64,000 nt of DNA from NCBI GenBank assembly GCA_038893835.1, contig JAWAQR010000003.1, forward strand, positions 1 through 64,000, given 5' to 3'. Position 1 is the stretch's first letter, and each line of letters starts with the position of its first letter. The translations under genes and the position numbers were made by a program. The stretch is from Archaeoglobaceae archaeon (lineage in GTDB: Archaea > Halobacteriota > Archaeoglobi > Archaeoglobales > Archaeoglobaceae). Of the stretch, positions 20,148-29,468 are shown piece by piece. Under the pieces are notes generated by a model that saw nothing but the letters and a program-made list of their open reading frames with translations, was not told where the DNA came from and searched no databases.

Positions 20148-20305
20148 TCCTCCGATAACACCTCCTTTGAAACGTCTTTCAAACTCCCTTTAACTTTTGT
20201 TTCAAGTATTATTTCCTTCACCTTTTCTTCAAGCATTCTTTCATCTTTACTTGCAATCTTCTTTGTTCCCTTCTTCCTAAATTTTCGCCAGTCAAACCTC
20301 CTCAT
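20144..20305 (-). CDS. Small basic hypothetical protein (53 aa)
   Basis: MRRFDWRKFRKKGTKKIASKDERMLEEKVKEIILETKVKGSLKDVSKEVLSEE; stop overlaps the SAMP start (ATGA). Confidence 0.55.
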   Translation of the reverse strand: MRRFDWRKFRKKGTKKIASKDERMLEEKVKEIILETKVKGSLKDVSKEVLSEE

Positions 20306-20362
20306 AAAAATCCCATAAATACTTTGTTTTGGAATAGAAAAAACTTTTGCTCAAATTAGAAA

Positions 20363-20554
20363 TTACCTCATTTCACTCTTCATTTTTTCTAATCTTTTCC
20401 TACTTTGTGCAAGCTCTCTTTTCGTCACTGAAACCCTTGCATCAACATCTTTTAATTCCTTGTCTAGAATCTTTATTTTTCTCAGCTGTACGATGTTCAG
20501 AATTATGCTGATCGTCAGGAGAATCAACAAAATAAATTCCATCGTGTTTGTCAT
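20363..20554 (-). CDS. Small single-TM coiled-coil protein
   Basis: FILLILLTISIILNIV followed by a heptad-rich charged tail; AGGAGG SD; ATGA overlap with the minD relic. Confidence 0.7.
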   Translation of the reverse strand: MTNTMEFILLILLTISIILNIVQLRKIKILDKELKDVDARVSVTKRELAQSRKRLEKMKSEMR

Positions 20555-20718
20555 TTCTTTCTCCTCCTAAACACTTTTAACATCTTTGCAATTGTACTCT
20601 CTTTCTTTTTAACTGGAATTTGAACCTTTGCCATCGCTATATCAGCATCTGCGATTGTGACGTCATAACCTGGCTATGTAAGTGCAATGCCGAGATTTGC
20701 GGTTCCTGAAGCTGTCAC
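20551..20718 (-). pseudogene. minD: Internally deleted minD relic retaining the C-terminal membrane-targeting sequence
   Basis: One frame reads VTASG|TANLGIALT*PGYDVTIADADIAMA|KVQIPVKKKESTIAKMLKVFRRRKK*. Walker A and the core are missing, and there is an in-frame TAG. Confidence 0.8.
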
Positions 20719-20830
20719 TTAATTATTTATTATGAAAAATATAAATACTTAAGCATTTTTTAATTCCAATCAAAAGAGATACCGTTATATATATCTTGAT
20801 TTTGTTTTAAAGTAAAGGATTGGTGATGTT

Positions 20831-21202
20831 ATGGCAGTTGTTGTGGAACTGATAACTGGTAGAACTCTTGATCAGGGTGCAACGGTTGAAGAAAAATTGA
20901 GCGATGAATATTACAATGCGGTAAACTACATAGAACTGAGTGAGGAAGATTTTAAAACTCTTGGACTTGAGGAAGGGAGTAGGGTTAAAGTGATCACAGA
21001 TTTTGGGGAAGTGGTTGTTTTTGCAAAGAAATCAGATCTACCAAAAGGAGTTGCATTCATCCCGATGGGTCCATATGCGAACATGGTAATAGATCCCAGA
21101 ACCGATGGGACTGGGATGCCACAATTCAAAGGTGTTAGAGCAAGGGTTGAGAAAACCGATGAGAATGTTAAAACAATTAGAGAGCTTTTGGAGGCGATTT
21201 GA
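20831..21202 (+). CDS. fwdD: Formylmethanofuran dehydrogenase subunit D
   Basis: LITGRTLDQG, FIPMGPYAN, TDGTGMPQFKG. Confidence 0.93.
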   Translation: MAVVVELITGRTLDQGATVEEKLSDEYYNAVNYIELSEEDFKTLGLEEGSRVKVITDFGEVVVFAKKSDLPKGVAFIPMGPYANMVIDPRTDGTGMPQFKGVRARVEKTDENVKTIRELLEAI

Positions 21203-22459
21203 ATGCAGAACGTTGTTTGCACTTTCTGCGGTAGCGTTTGTGATGATGGAGAATATGATTTGGAGAAGAGGAAGATAAAGAAGTTCTGCAAACTTGGGAG
21301 TAGCAAGTTTGCTGAAAAGGAAAGAATCAAAGCTCCGATGATCGATGGGAAGGAAGTGAGTTATGAGGAGGCAATAGATAAAGCAGTGGAAATTCTCGTG
21401 AATGCAAAAAGACCATTACTCTATGGATGGGCATCTACAGTCAATGAGGCAATTAGGCTTGGAGTAATTCTAGCTGAAAAACTTGGTGGCGTTTATGATC
21501 AATGCGCGAGCGTCTGCCATGCTCCGGGAACATTGGCTATGATTGAAGAAGGGTTACCTGGAGCAACGCTTGGATCTGTGAAAAATCGCGCAGATGTTGT
21601 AATTTTCTGGGGATCGAATCCGATGGAAGCCCATCCTAGGCATGGAAGTAGGTATTCGATTTCGGTAAAGGGATTGCTCGTAAAGGATAGGAAGCAGAGA
21701 AAGGTAATAGTTGTCGACGTCCGTCCAACTAAGACATCTAAAATTGCAGACATGTTCGTTCAAATAAAACCGGGTTATGATTATGCGATATTTTCAGCAC
21801 TTAGAGCGATAATTAGCGGAAACGCTGATGTTGTACCAGAAGAAGTTGGAGGAGTTGCGAAAGGAAAGCTGATAGAGTTGGCGGAGATCATGAAGAATGC
21901 TAAATATGGAGCGATTTTCTATGGTCTCGGAGTCACTCAGTCAAGGGGAAGAGATAGGAACGTTGAAAACGCTATAAAGTTGATTCAGTTGCTGAACAGA
22001 ACAACTCGCTGGGTAATTTGGCCAATGCGTGGACATTACAATGTAGTAGGAGCCGGAGAAGTGCCGGCTTGGGAGGTTGGTTATCAGTATGCGATAGATT
22101 TCAGCCGTGGATATCCACGCTTCTCTCCAGCTGAGTTCTCAGCAGTTGAGCTTTTGGAAAGGAGAGATTGCGATGCTGCACTAATTGTAGCTTCTGATCC
22201 TGTTGCTCACTTCCCAAGACTTGCAGTTCAGCATCTAAAACGGATTCCGGTGATCCAAATTGATCCTTATCCGAACATGACGACTTTGATCGCAAAAGTA
22301 GTTATACCTTCTGCAGTATATGGAATTGAAGCAGAAGGAACAGTTTACAGAATGGACTGCATACCTCTGAGGGTTAAGAAAATACTGGACACGAATTACT
22401 GGACTGATGAAAAAATCCTGGAGGAAATGTTGAAGAGAGTTGAAAAACTGAAGGGGTGA
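21203..22459 (+). CDS. fwdB: Formylmethanofuran dehydrogenase subunit B (Cys form)
   Basis: CTFCGSVCDD, SVCHAP, KNRADVVIFWG.NP..AHPRH, PMRGHYNV. Confidence 0.95.
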   Translation: MQNVVCTFCGSVCDDGEYDLEKRKIKKFCKLGSSKFAEKERIKAPMIDGKEVSYEEAIDKAVEILVNAKRPLLYGWASTVNEAIRLGVILAEKLGGVYDQCASVCHAPGTLAMIEEGLPGATLGSVKNRADVVIFWGSNPMEAHPRHGSRYSISVKGLLVKDRKQRKVIVVDVRPTKTSKIADMFVQIKPGYDYAIFSALRAIISGNADVVPEEVGGVAKGKLIELAEIMKNAKYGAIFYGLGVTQSRGRDRNVENAIKLIQLLNRTTRWVIWPMRGHYNVVGAGEVPAWEVGYQYAIDFSRGYPRFSPAEFSAVELLERRDCDAALIVASDPVAHFPRLAVQHLKRIPVIQIDPYPNMTTLIAKVVIPSAVYGIEAEGTVYRMDCIPLRVKKILDTNYWTDEKILEEMLKRVEKLKG

Positions 22460-24144
22460 AAAAAATGCTTTGGATAAAGAATGGAATTGTTGTGGATCCG
22501 AAGAATAAGATAAATTGCGAAAAAATGGATATATTTGTTAAAGATGGTAAGATTGTTTCTGAGGGAGAAGTAAAAAAGGATGAATGCAAGGTAATCGACG
22601 CTAGCAATAAGCTGGTTGTGGCTGGCGGAATTGACATGCATGCTCACATTGCTGGGAGTAAGATAAATACAGGCAGAACAATGCGTCCAGAAGAGATGAG
22701 AGTTGTTAGAACGATTGCCGGAAAATTCAGAGCTACGGTTGGTAGAGTTCTTTTGACTGCTCCAGCGATTGGCTATGAGTATGCAAAAATGGGATATACA
22801 ACTGCTTTTGAAGCTGCACAGCCACCAGTTGGAGCTTTGCACACACATGAGGAGTTGGACTCGATTCCAATGATCGACAAGGGAGCTTTACCAGTGTTCG
22901 GTAATTGGCATCTTGTTTTCAAGTGCATTGAAGAGAAGAATCTGGAAAAGTTAAAAGCTCTAATCGCATGGGCGATGGAGAGGACTAAGGGTTTTGGTGT
23001 GAAAGTCGTCAATCCAGGTGGCGTTGAAGCATGGATGTATGGAGGAAACGTGAAAAGTCTTGACGATCAAGTTCCGGGATTTAATGTTACTCCTAGGGAA
23101 ATAATTACTTGGCTTATTAGGGCGAATGAGGAGTTAAATCTACCCCACTCGGTGCATTTGCATTGTAACAACCTTGGTGTTCCTGGCAATTATCAGACGA
23201 CGATCGAATCTATAAAGCTCGCAAAGGGGTTCAAAAATGATAAAAGACAAGTTCTTCACGTTACACATGTCCAGTTCAATGCCTATGCTGGCAGCAGTTG
23301 GAGAGATGTCGCCAGTGGGGCAGCGGAGATTGCTAAGGTTGTGAATTCCATGGATAACGTAACTATTGACATGGGACAGCCAATATTTGGTCATGCAACT
23401 GCAATGACAGGAGATGCTCCTTTTCAGTTCACCTTGCATAAGCTGATTGGGGCTAGGTGGAGCAACAAAGATACTGAAGTTGAAACTGGTGCTGGAATAG
23501 TTCCAATTGTGTACCTTCCAAACAATCCAGTTCACGCGGTCCAGTGGGCGATTGGCTTGGAACTTGGACTGCTCATCGACAGCGACAAGGTTGTGCTAAG
23601 CACTGATTATCCAAACGGTGGCCCATTTACGGAGTATCCTTACATAATGGCAATGCTCATGAGCAAAAAGATGCGGGATGAGGAAATTAAGAGAGTGCAT
23701 CAGTACGTTCAAAAAGCATCGAGTCTAGCAAGTATAGAGATTGAGAAAACTCTTTACGAAGTCATACACATGACCAGAAGTTTACCTGCGAGAGTTCTTG
23801 GACTTGAAAATAAGGGACATCTTCATATTGGAGCAGATGCTGACATAGCCATTTATAACATAAACCCGCTAGAGACAGACTTCAGCAGAGAATTTGAGAA
23901 AGTTTACAAGGCATTCAAAGTTGCGGAATATACAATCAAAGGTGGTGAGATCATTGCAAAGAATGGAGAGCTTGTTAAAGAAGTCTTTGGTAGAACTTTT
24001 TGGGTTGATGCGAGGAAAAAGGTCGATCTTGAAGCAATTATGCCAGACATTAGCAACTATTTCAATTACTACAGCATCCAGCTCGGCAACTATGGGGTTG
24101 AGGAAAGATGGCTAAGGAATTCAAAGAGACTGGAGGTGGTTTAG
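22456..24144 (+). CDS. fwdA: Formylmethanofuran dehydrogenase subunit A
   Basis: GGIDMHAH, KVVNPGG, HLHCNNLGVPGN, QWAIGLE, TDYPNGGPF. Confidence 0.96.
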   Translation: MKKMLWIKNGIVVDPKNKINCEKMDIFVKDGKIVSEGEVKKDECKVIDASNKLVVAGGIDMHAHIAGSKINTGRTMRPEEMRVVRTIAGKFRATVGRVLLTAPAIGYEYAKMGYTTAFEAAQPPVGALHTHEELDSIPMIDKGALPVFGNWHLVFKCIEEKNLEKLKALIAWAMERTKGFGVKVVNPGGVEAWMYGGNVKSLDDQVPGFNVTPREIITWLIRANEELNLPHSVHLHCNNLGVPGNYQTTIESIKLAKGFKNDKRQVLHVTHVQFNAYAGSSWRDVASGAAEIAKVVNSMDNVTIDMGQPIFGHATAMTGDAPFQFTLHKLIGARWSNKDTEVETGAGIVPIVYLPNNPVHAVQWAIGLELGLLIDSDKVVLSTDYPNGGPFTEYPYIMAMLMSKKMRDEEIKRVHQYVQKASSLASIEIEKTLYEVIHMTRSLPARVLGLENKGHLHIGADADIAIYNINPLETDFSREFEKVYKAFKVAEYTIKGGEIIAKNGELVKEVFGRTFWVDARKKVDLEAIMPDISNYFNYYSIQLGNYGVEERWLRNSKRLEVV

Positions 24145-24849
24145 ATGCTCATCATAAGGCCAAAAAGAGATTTTGAGGTTTGCGTAGAGGCAGAAATAAC
24201 TCCGGATTTAGCTTTGAAGAGCGTAGAAGAGGTAAAAAAGTTCAAGGTTTACTATGGTAATCGTGTTGTGGAGCTGGGGGAACTCTTCGAAGTTGTAAAG
24301 GAGGGAGAAGATAAAAGAGTTGTCCTCGAAGGCGATTTCAGCAGGGTTAAGTGGATCGGAGCTAGAATGACGGATGGTGAAATAGTTGTTAAAGGAAGTG
24401 TTGGAGCGAATTGTGGAGCATTTATGAAAGGGGGTAGAATAATCATCGAGGGTGACGCAGATGATTGGCTTGGCATCGAAATGGGTGGCGGAGAAATAAT
24501 TGTGAAGGGGAATGCCAGAAATCTCGTAGGCTGTGCTTACTATGGCAATGCAGTTGGGATGACTGCTGGCAAAATTGTTATAGAAGGAAATGCTGGAAAC
24601 TACATTGGAGAAAAGATGAATGGGGGAGAAATAATAATCAAAGGAAATGCTGGTGATTTCATTGGCACGGAAATGCGTGCAGGTGTCATAGAAATCCATG
24701 GTTCGTGTGGTTTTGTGGGCGGTGATATGAGAGGTGGGGAGATAAGGATTAAAGGTAGCTTTGAACTACTTCCCACTTTCAAGAAAACCGAGAAGGGCTG
24801 GGTAGGAGATGTGAACGTAAAAGGTGAGGGAGTAATAAGAAACTTTTAA
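24145..24849 (+). CDS. fwdC: Formylmethanofuran dehydrogenase subunit C
   Basis: GxxMxGGxIxIxG beta-helix repeats. Confidence 0.94.
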   Translation: MLIIRPKRDFEVCVEAEITPDLALKSVEEVKKFKVYYGNRVVELGELFEVVKEGEDKRVVLEGDFSRVKWIGARMTDGEIVVKGSVGANCGAFMKGGRIIIEGDADDWLGIEMGGGEIIVKGNARNLVGCAYYGNAVGMTAGKIVIEGNAGNYIGEKMNGGEIIIKGNAGDFIGTEMRAGVIEIHGSCGFVGGDMRGGEIRIKGSFELLPTFKKTEKGWVGDVNVKGEGVIRNF

Positions 24850-24854
24850 ATTTT

Positions 24855-24977
24855 TTAACTTCTGATCTTTTTCCAGCATTCAACGCACAGACCGTGATAG
24901 AAGTAGCATTTTTTGCATACATTTTTTCCACATCTCCTGCATTTGAACTCCGAAATCCTTCCACAGCTGCAAAGCAT
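24855..24977 (-). CDS. Small Cys-rich zinc-finger protein (40 aa)
   Basis: MLCSCGRISEFKCRRCGKNVCKKCYFYHGLCVECWKKIRS: 8 Cys in CxC/CxxC pairs. Confidence 0.7.
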   Translation of the reverse strand: MLCSCGRISEFKCRRCGKNVCKKCYFYHGLCVECWKKIRS

Positions 24978-25028
24978 GGATAAAATCTGCTGCACAAAAA
25001 TTTTATTCGTTAGGGGTAAATGCATATG

Positions 25029-25556
25029 ATGAAAATAATTGCAGTGGCGGACACTCATTTGAATCAATGGAAGCTTCCAGAAAAGCTTTTGAAGTTGATT
25101 AGAAATGCTGACATGCTAATACATGCAGGCGATTTTGTCAGTTACGATGTCTACAAGAGGTTCTCAGAATTCAATTTGGTTGCTGTAAGGGGGAATTCTG
25201 ATGATGATAGGATAAAATCGGAGCTTAAGGAAGTTCAAAGGTTTAGTGTTGGGAAGTTTAAGTTTGGTTTAATCCATAAGGGGAATTACATTAACGAATT
25301 TCACGATTTGGTTTACAGAGCTCTGGAGATGAAAGTGAAAGTCCTAGTCTTTGGTCATGTTCACAGATTTGTTTTGGAAAAAAGAGGGGGTGTAATAGTC
25401 CTATGCCCTGGCAGTCCAACTCAACCGAGGATGTCAGTAGCAAGTTGCGCGGAAATTGAAGTGGAGGGAAATGAAATTGTAATCAGGCATCATGTAATTC
25501 AACCGATCATTTGCTCAATGGAGGTGGGAGAGTTTGAAGATAGCTTTCGGGGATGA
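25029..25556 (+). CDS. YfcE/MJ0936-type metallophosphoesterase
   Basis: ADTH, HAGD, VRGNSD, FGHVH, PGSPT. Confidence 0.9.
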   Translation: MKIIAVADTHLNQWKLPEKLLKLIRNADMLIHAGDFVSYDVYKRFSEFNLVAVRGNSDDDRIKSELKEVQRFSVGKFKFGLIHKGNYINEFHDLVYRALEMKVKVLVFGHVHRFVLEKRGGVIVLCPGSPTQPRMSVASCAEIEVEGNEIVIRHHVIQPIICSMEVGEFEDSFRG

Positions 25557-26202
25557 AAGATTGTTTGAAGAGGCTAAAAAGATTGGAAAAGCTGTTTTGG
25601 TGTCGAAATATGGAGGAGATTATACAATTCTTGGAGAGTCGTTGAAAATGGTAACTGAAGCCAAAAATCTTAGAGAAACAATTGAATGTCTTGCAGATTT
25701 GGGATTCGAGTTTGCGATCCTTAAAGGTTTTGAATTTGAAATAGAAACCCTTGAAAAGGTTTTTGGTTTTAAAATTCCGAAAGTTGAGAAATTGGAAGAC
25801 CTTGCAAATGCTCCAGAACTTGAGACGTTGAAGTCAGTTGTGGAAAAGATAAAAAAAGGTTCTATTAACTGTGGAGCAATTGGAGTTTTCATAGGAGTTG
25901 CAAGAGGAACATCTGATGGAAAGAAGGTTAAAATGCTAGAATACGAAGCTTACGAGGAAGTTCTTGGAGAAAAAGTTAGAGAATTGGAAAAAAGAATAAG
26001 AGCTTTTCCCGGGGTGGAGAATTTTAAATTTTACCATAAGCTTGGTAAAATTCTGCCCGGAGAGGATATAGTTTATATTGCGGTTGCTGGAAAGCATAGA
26101 AAGGACATCTGGGCACCTTTGATGCTGGCAGTGGAGTTCATGAAAACTGAATTACCGATATGGAAGAAGGAAAAATTTGAAAATGGAGAGAGATGGGTTT
26201 GA
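25534..26202 (+). CDS. moaE: Molybdopterin synthase catalytic subunit with N-terminal extension
   Basis: CGAIGVFIGVAR, LEYEAY, VAGKHR, PIWKKE...GERWV. Confidence 0.85.
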   Translation: MKIAFGDERLFEEAKKIGKAVLVSKYGGDYTILGESLKMVTEAKNLRETIECLADLGFEFAILKGFEFEIETLEKVFGFKIPKVEKLEDLANAPELETLKSVVEKIKKGSINCGAIGVFIGVARGTSDGKKVKMLEYEAYEEVLGEKVRELEKRIRAFPGVENFKFYHKLGKILPGEDIVYIAVAGKHRKDIWAPLMLAVEFMKTELPIWKKEKFENGERWV

Positions 26203-27653
26203 TGTACAGGAATGAAAGGCTTGGAAAGTTTGATTTTAGAGCCCTGAAGTTTTCGAGCTCAGTGGAGCATGATTCGAACATCTTTTACTACGACATACTC
26301 GTAGATGTTGCACATGTTCTCAACTTGTATAAAAACGGCTATTTGACTAAAGACGAGGCACTCGAGATAGTTAATGCATTGAAGGAGGTTGCAAGCAAGG
26401 GATATGGAAAGGAATTCGAGGACGTTCATGAAGCGATAGAGTATGAAGTTACGAAGCTGACGAAGGAGGGAAAGAGAATGCATACAGGGAGATCGAGGAA
26501 TGATGAGGTTGCAACATGTCTTAGGATGTTCGCAAGAGATTCCCTGCTGAAAATCGCTGAAGGGATTTTAGAAGTTCAGTCGACAGTATTTAAAATTGCT
26601 GAAAAAAAAGATTTTATAATGCCAGGATTTACGCACTTGCAATTTGCACAGCCTACTAGGCTTTCCCATCATCTAATTGCCTATTTCGACATGCTGGACA
26701 GAGATCTTGAAAGGGTGCTCGAAGTCTTTAGAAGGGTTAATCTCTGTCCTCTGGGATCTTCAGCTTTCGCTTCAACGAGCTATAAACTGGACAGGAATTA
26801 TGTGGCAAAATTGCTCGGTTTTGATGGTGTTTTGGAGCACAGTGAAGATGCCGTTTCTTCTAGGGATTTTTTAATAGAAACGATCTTCGCTTGCGCTTCT
26901 ACTATGTTAAGTCTTTCGAGAATTGCTGAGGAGATCGTTCTTTTTGCAACTCTGGGCTTTATAGATTTACCAAGTGAGTTTGCCTCAACATCCTCAATAA
27001 TGCCGCAGAAAAAGAATCCAGATATTGCTGAGCTGATAAGAGCCAAGGCTGGAAGGGCAATTGGAAATCTGACTTCCGCAATGGCAATATACAAAGCGAT
27101 GCCATTCAGTTACAATAGGGATTTTCAGGAGATGAACTCTATTCTTTACGATACAACGAAGATTACATCTGAATCCTTAGAAGTGATGAAGGGGATGTTG
27201 GAGGGTATTAAATTTAGGGAGTCTATTTTGAAGGAAAAAGCAAAAGAAGGGTTCACAGTGGCGACTGAAATAGCGGATATGTTGGTCAAAGAATTCAGGA
27301 TACCTTTCAGAGATGCGCATAGGATAGTTGCGAAGATCGTTGCGAATGGAATTGAAGTGAATGCCTTGAACGTTGAGAGGGTTGCTAGGGAACTTGGATA
27401 TGAAATAAAAGTTGATGAGAAGAAGTTGACGGATGTAATGGATTTGGAAAAAATAGTTGAGGGGAGAAAAAATTTGGGAGGAACGGCGAGTGAGGAAGTG
27501 AGGAGAATGCTTGGTAAAAGGAAAGAAAAGCTTAGAAGCAGGGAAAGGGTGATCAGGAGATTGAAGAAGAAAATAACCATAAGATTGAAGTTGATCGAGA
27601 AAGAGGTTGAGAAGTTAGGAGGGATTTTCAGTGTTGGAGGGGAAAAGAGTTAG
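26193..27653 (+). CDS. argH: Argininosuccinate lyase
   Basis: HTGRSRND, PGFTHLQ.AQP, SSIMPQKKNPD, PFRDAH. Confidence 0.96.
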   Translation: MGLMYRNERLGKFDFRALKFSSSVEHDSNIFYYDILVDVAHVLNLYKNGYLTKDEALEIVNALKEVASKGYGKEFEDVHEAIEYEVTKLTKEGKRMHTGRSRNDEVATCLRMFARDSLLKIAEGILEVQSTVFKIAEKKDFIMPGFTHLQFAQPTRLSHHLIAYFDMLDRDLERVLEVFRRVNLCPLGSSAFASTSYKLDRNYVAKLLGFDGVLEHSEDAVSSRDFLIETIFACASTMLSLSRIAEEIVLFATLGFIDLPSEFASTSSIMPQKKNPDIAELIRAKAGRAIGNLTSAMAIYKAMPFSYNRDFQEMNSILYDTTKITSESLEVMKGMLEGIKFRESILKEKAKEGFTVATEIADMLVKEFRIPFRDAHRIVAKIVANGIEVNALNVERVARELGYEIKVDEKKLTDVMDLEKIVEGRKNLGGTASEEVRRMLGKRKEKLRSRERVIRRLKKKITIRLKLIEKEVEKLGGIFSVGGEKS

Positions 27654-28848
27654 GATAAGGTCGAAGGGAAGAATTTTTGAAGGAATTGTCATGCCAAGCT
27701 TCACGGGCAATCTTGTATTAAAGCTTGACAATGGTTATAACGTCGGTTTTGTAGAATACGAACTATTGGAAGTGATTGAGGAAATCGAAAAAGTGCCTAG
27801 GAAGCTGGAGATTGTAAAAAAAGAGGGTTTGCCCGAAATTAAAATAATATCCACTGGTGGAACTATAGCTAGCAGAGTTGATTATAGAACTGGTGCTGTA
27901 ACGAGTCAGTTTACTGCAGAAGAGATAATAGCAGATGTTCCTGAAATTGCAGAGATTTGTAACATCTCAGCAGAACTCCTTTACAACATTCTTAGCGAGA
28001 ACATGAAGCCAGTATATTGGATAGAACTTGCGAGAAGAGTTTACAGGGCTCTGAAAGATCACGAAGGTGTCATAGTAACTCATGGTACCGATACGATGCA
28101 TTACTCTTCCGCAGCTCTCTCTTTCATGCTCTCAACTCCAAAGCCAGTCATCTTTGTTGGAGCGCAGAGAAGTAGCGATAGACCGAGCAGCGATGCGGCG
28201 ATGAATTTACTTTGCTCTGCAAAGCTAAGCGTGAGCGATGTTGGAGAAGTTCTTGTATGTATGCATGGGAGTAGCAGCGATGACTTTTGCTATGCTCATA
28301 GAGGAGTGAAGGTTAGAAAGATGCATACTTCCAGAAGGGATGCTTTTCAGTCGATAAATGCGAAGCCTGTTGCAAAGATATCTTATCCTTCCTTGGAAAT
28401 AGAATGGCTTTCTTGGAGATTTAGGAGAGGGGAGAGGAATCTTGAACTGAAGGATAAATTGGAGGAAAAAGTGGTGCTTATTAAGTTCTTTCCAGGTTTA
28501 AGTGCAGAAATAATGGAATTCTTTTACTCAAAAGGCTATCGAGGCTTTGTGATCGAAGGGACTGGATTGGGACATGTATCTACAGACTGGATAAGCACGC
28601 TGAAAAAAATCTGTGAGGATTCAGTAGTTGTTATGACTTCACAATGCTTGTATGGAAGAGTCTGTGATCGCGTATATGATACGGGTAGAGATTTGTTAAA
28701 AGCTGGAGTCATAGAGGGAGAAGACATGCTGCCAGAGACTGCGCTGGTTAAATTGATGTTTCTTCTCGGTAATTACGACGTTGAAACAGCGAAAAAACTA
28801 GTTAAGATGAGCTTGGTTGGAGAAATAGAGAATAGAAGTCTTTATTGA
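27631..28848 (+). CDS. gatD: Glu-tRNA(Gln) amidotransferase subunit D
   Basis: KLDNGYNVG, STGGTIASRVDY.TG, HGTDT, GAQRSSDRPSSD. Confidence 0.96.
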   Translation: MLEGKRVRIRSKGRIFEGIVMPSFTGNLVLKLDNGYNVGFVEYELLEVIEEIEKVPRKLEIVKKEGLPEIKIISTGGTIASRVDYRTGAVTSQFTAEEIIADVPEIAEICNISAELLYNILSENMKPVYWIELARRVYRALKDHEGVIVTHGTDTMHYSSAALSFMLSTPKPVIFVGAQRSSDRPSSDAAMNLLCSAKLSVSDVGEVLVCMHGSSSDDFCYAHRGVKVRKMHTSRRDAFQSINAKPVAKISYPSLEIEWLSWRFRRGERNLELKDKLEEKVVLIKFFPGLSAEIMEFFYSKGYRGFVIEGTGLGHVSTDWISTLKKICEDSVVVMTSQCLYGRVCDRVYDTGRDLLKAGVIEGEDMLPETALVKLMFLLGNYDVETAKKLVKMSLVGEIENRSLY

Positions 28849-28961
28849 TTATTCCGTCTTTACAACAAAATTTTTTATTCTTGATAAAATGCGTTATAAA
28901 TCATATTATTTAAATTAATCTCTTCCAAAAAAATTTTTAAAAGCTTAAGACAACTAGATTT

Positions 28962-29468
28962 ATGGCAACCGTGCTGTTTCCACCATTTAAAAGCACGATC
29001 ATAAGAGATAAATTCGATGAGGAAATTTTGGTTAGGCAATACGATCATGAGAAAGATAGAGAAAAATTGATCGAAATGTACGTAAATTATGATCCAGATT
29101 ATCGTTGTCTCGGTTTACCGCCTTTGACTAGGAATGCGATCGAGAATTGGATCGATTATCTCGGAAAAGAGGGCTTTTCTATAATAGCTGAAAAAGATGG
29201 AAAGATCGTTGGACATTTAGTGATCGTTCCAGATGAAAAGAATAGAGTGGATCTAACGATCTTCATTCATCAAGATTACCAGAATCGGGGGATAGGGCAG
29301 GAAATGATGAAGCTTATAATAGATTATTGCAAAAAAGTGGGCTTCGATGGTATAACGCTGGTTACGGAGAGGACAAATTTGAGGGCTATACACGTTTACA
29401 AAAAACTCGGTTTTGAAGTCGTAGCTCCATATTGTGAATACGACATGTACTTACCCCTTAAGAAATGA
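28962..29468 (+). CDS. GNAT acetyltransferase
   Basis: IFIHQDYQNRGIG, NLRAIHVYKKLGF. Confidence 0.88.
   Translation: MATVLFPPFKSTIIRDKFDEEILVRQYDHEKDREKLIEMYVNYDPDYRCLGLPPLTRNAIENWIDYLGKEGFSIIAEKDGKIVGHLVIVPDEKNRVDLTIFIHQDYQNRGIGQEMMKLIIDYCKKVGFDGITLVTERTNLRAIHVYKKLGFEVVAPYCEYDMYLPLKK

Noticed and set aside
20674-20676. In-frame TAG in the minD relic as a pyrrolysine/readthrough codon
   Set aside because: The position corresponds to a likely Gln (CAG>TAG), the gene also lacks Walker A, and no pyl genes are seen.
20781-20800. CGTTATATA upstream of fwdD as a ModE-type operator
   Set aside because: Only a half-site with no inverted partner; explained as the TATA box.
21203-22459. Selenocysteine in FwdB
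   Set aside because: The active site is SVCH with a TGC codon; there is no in-frame TGA.
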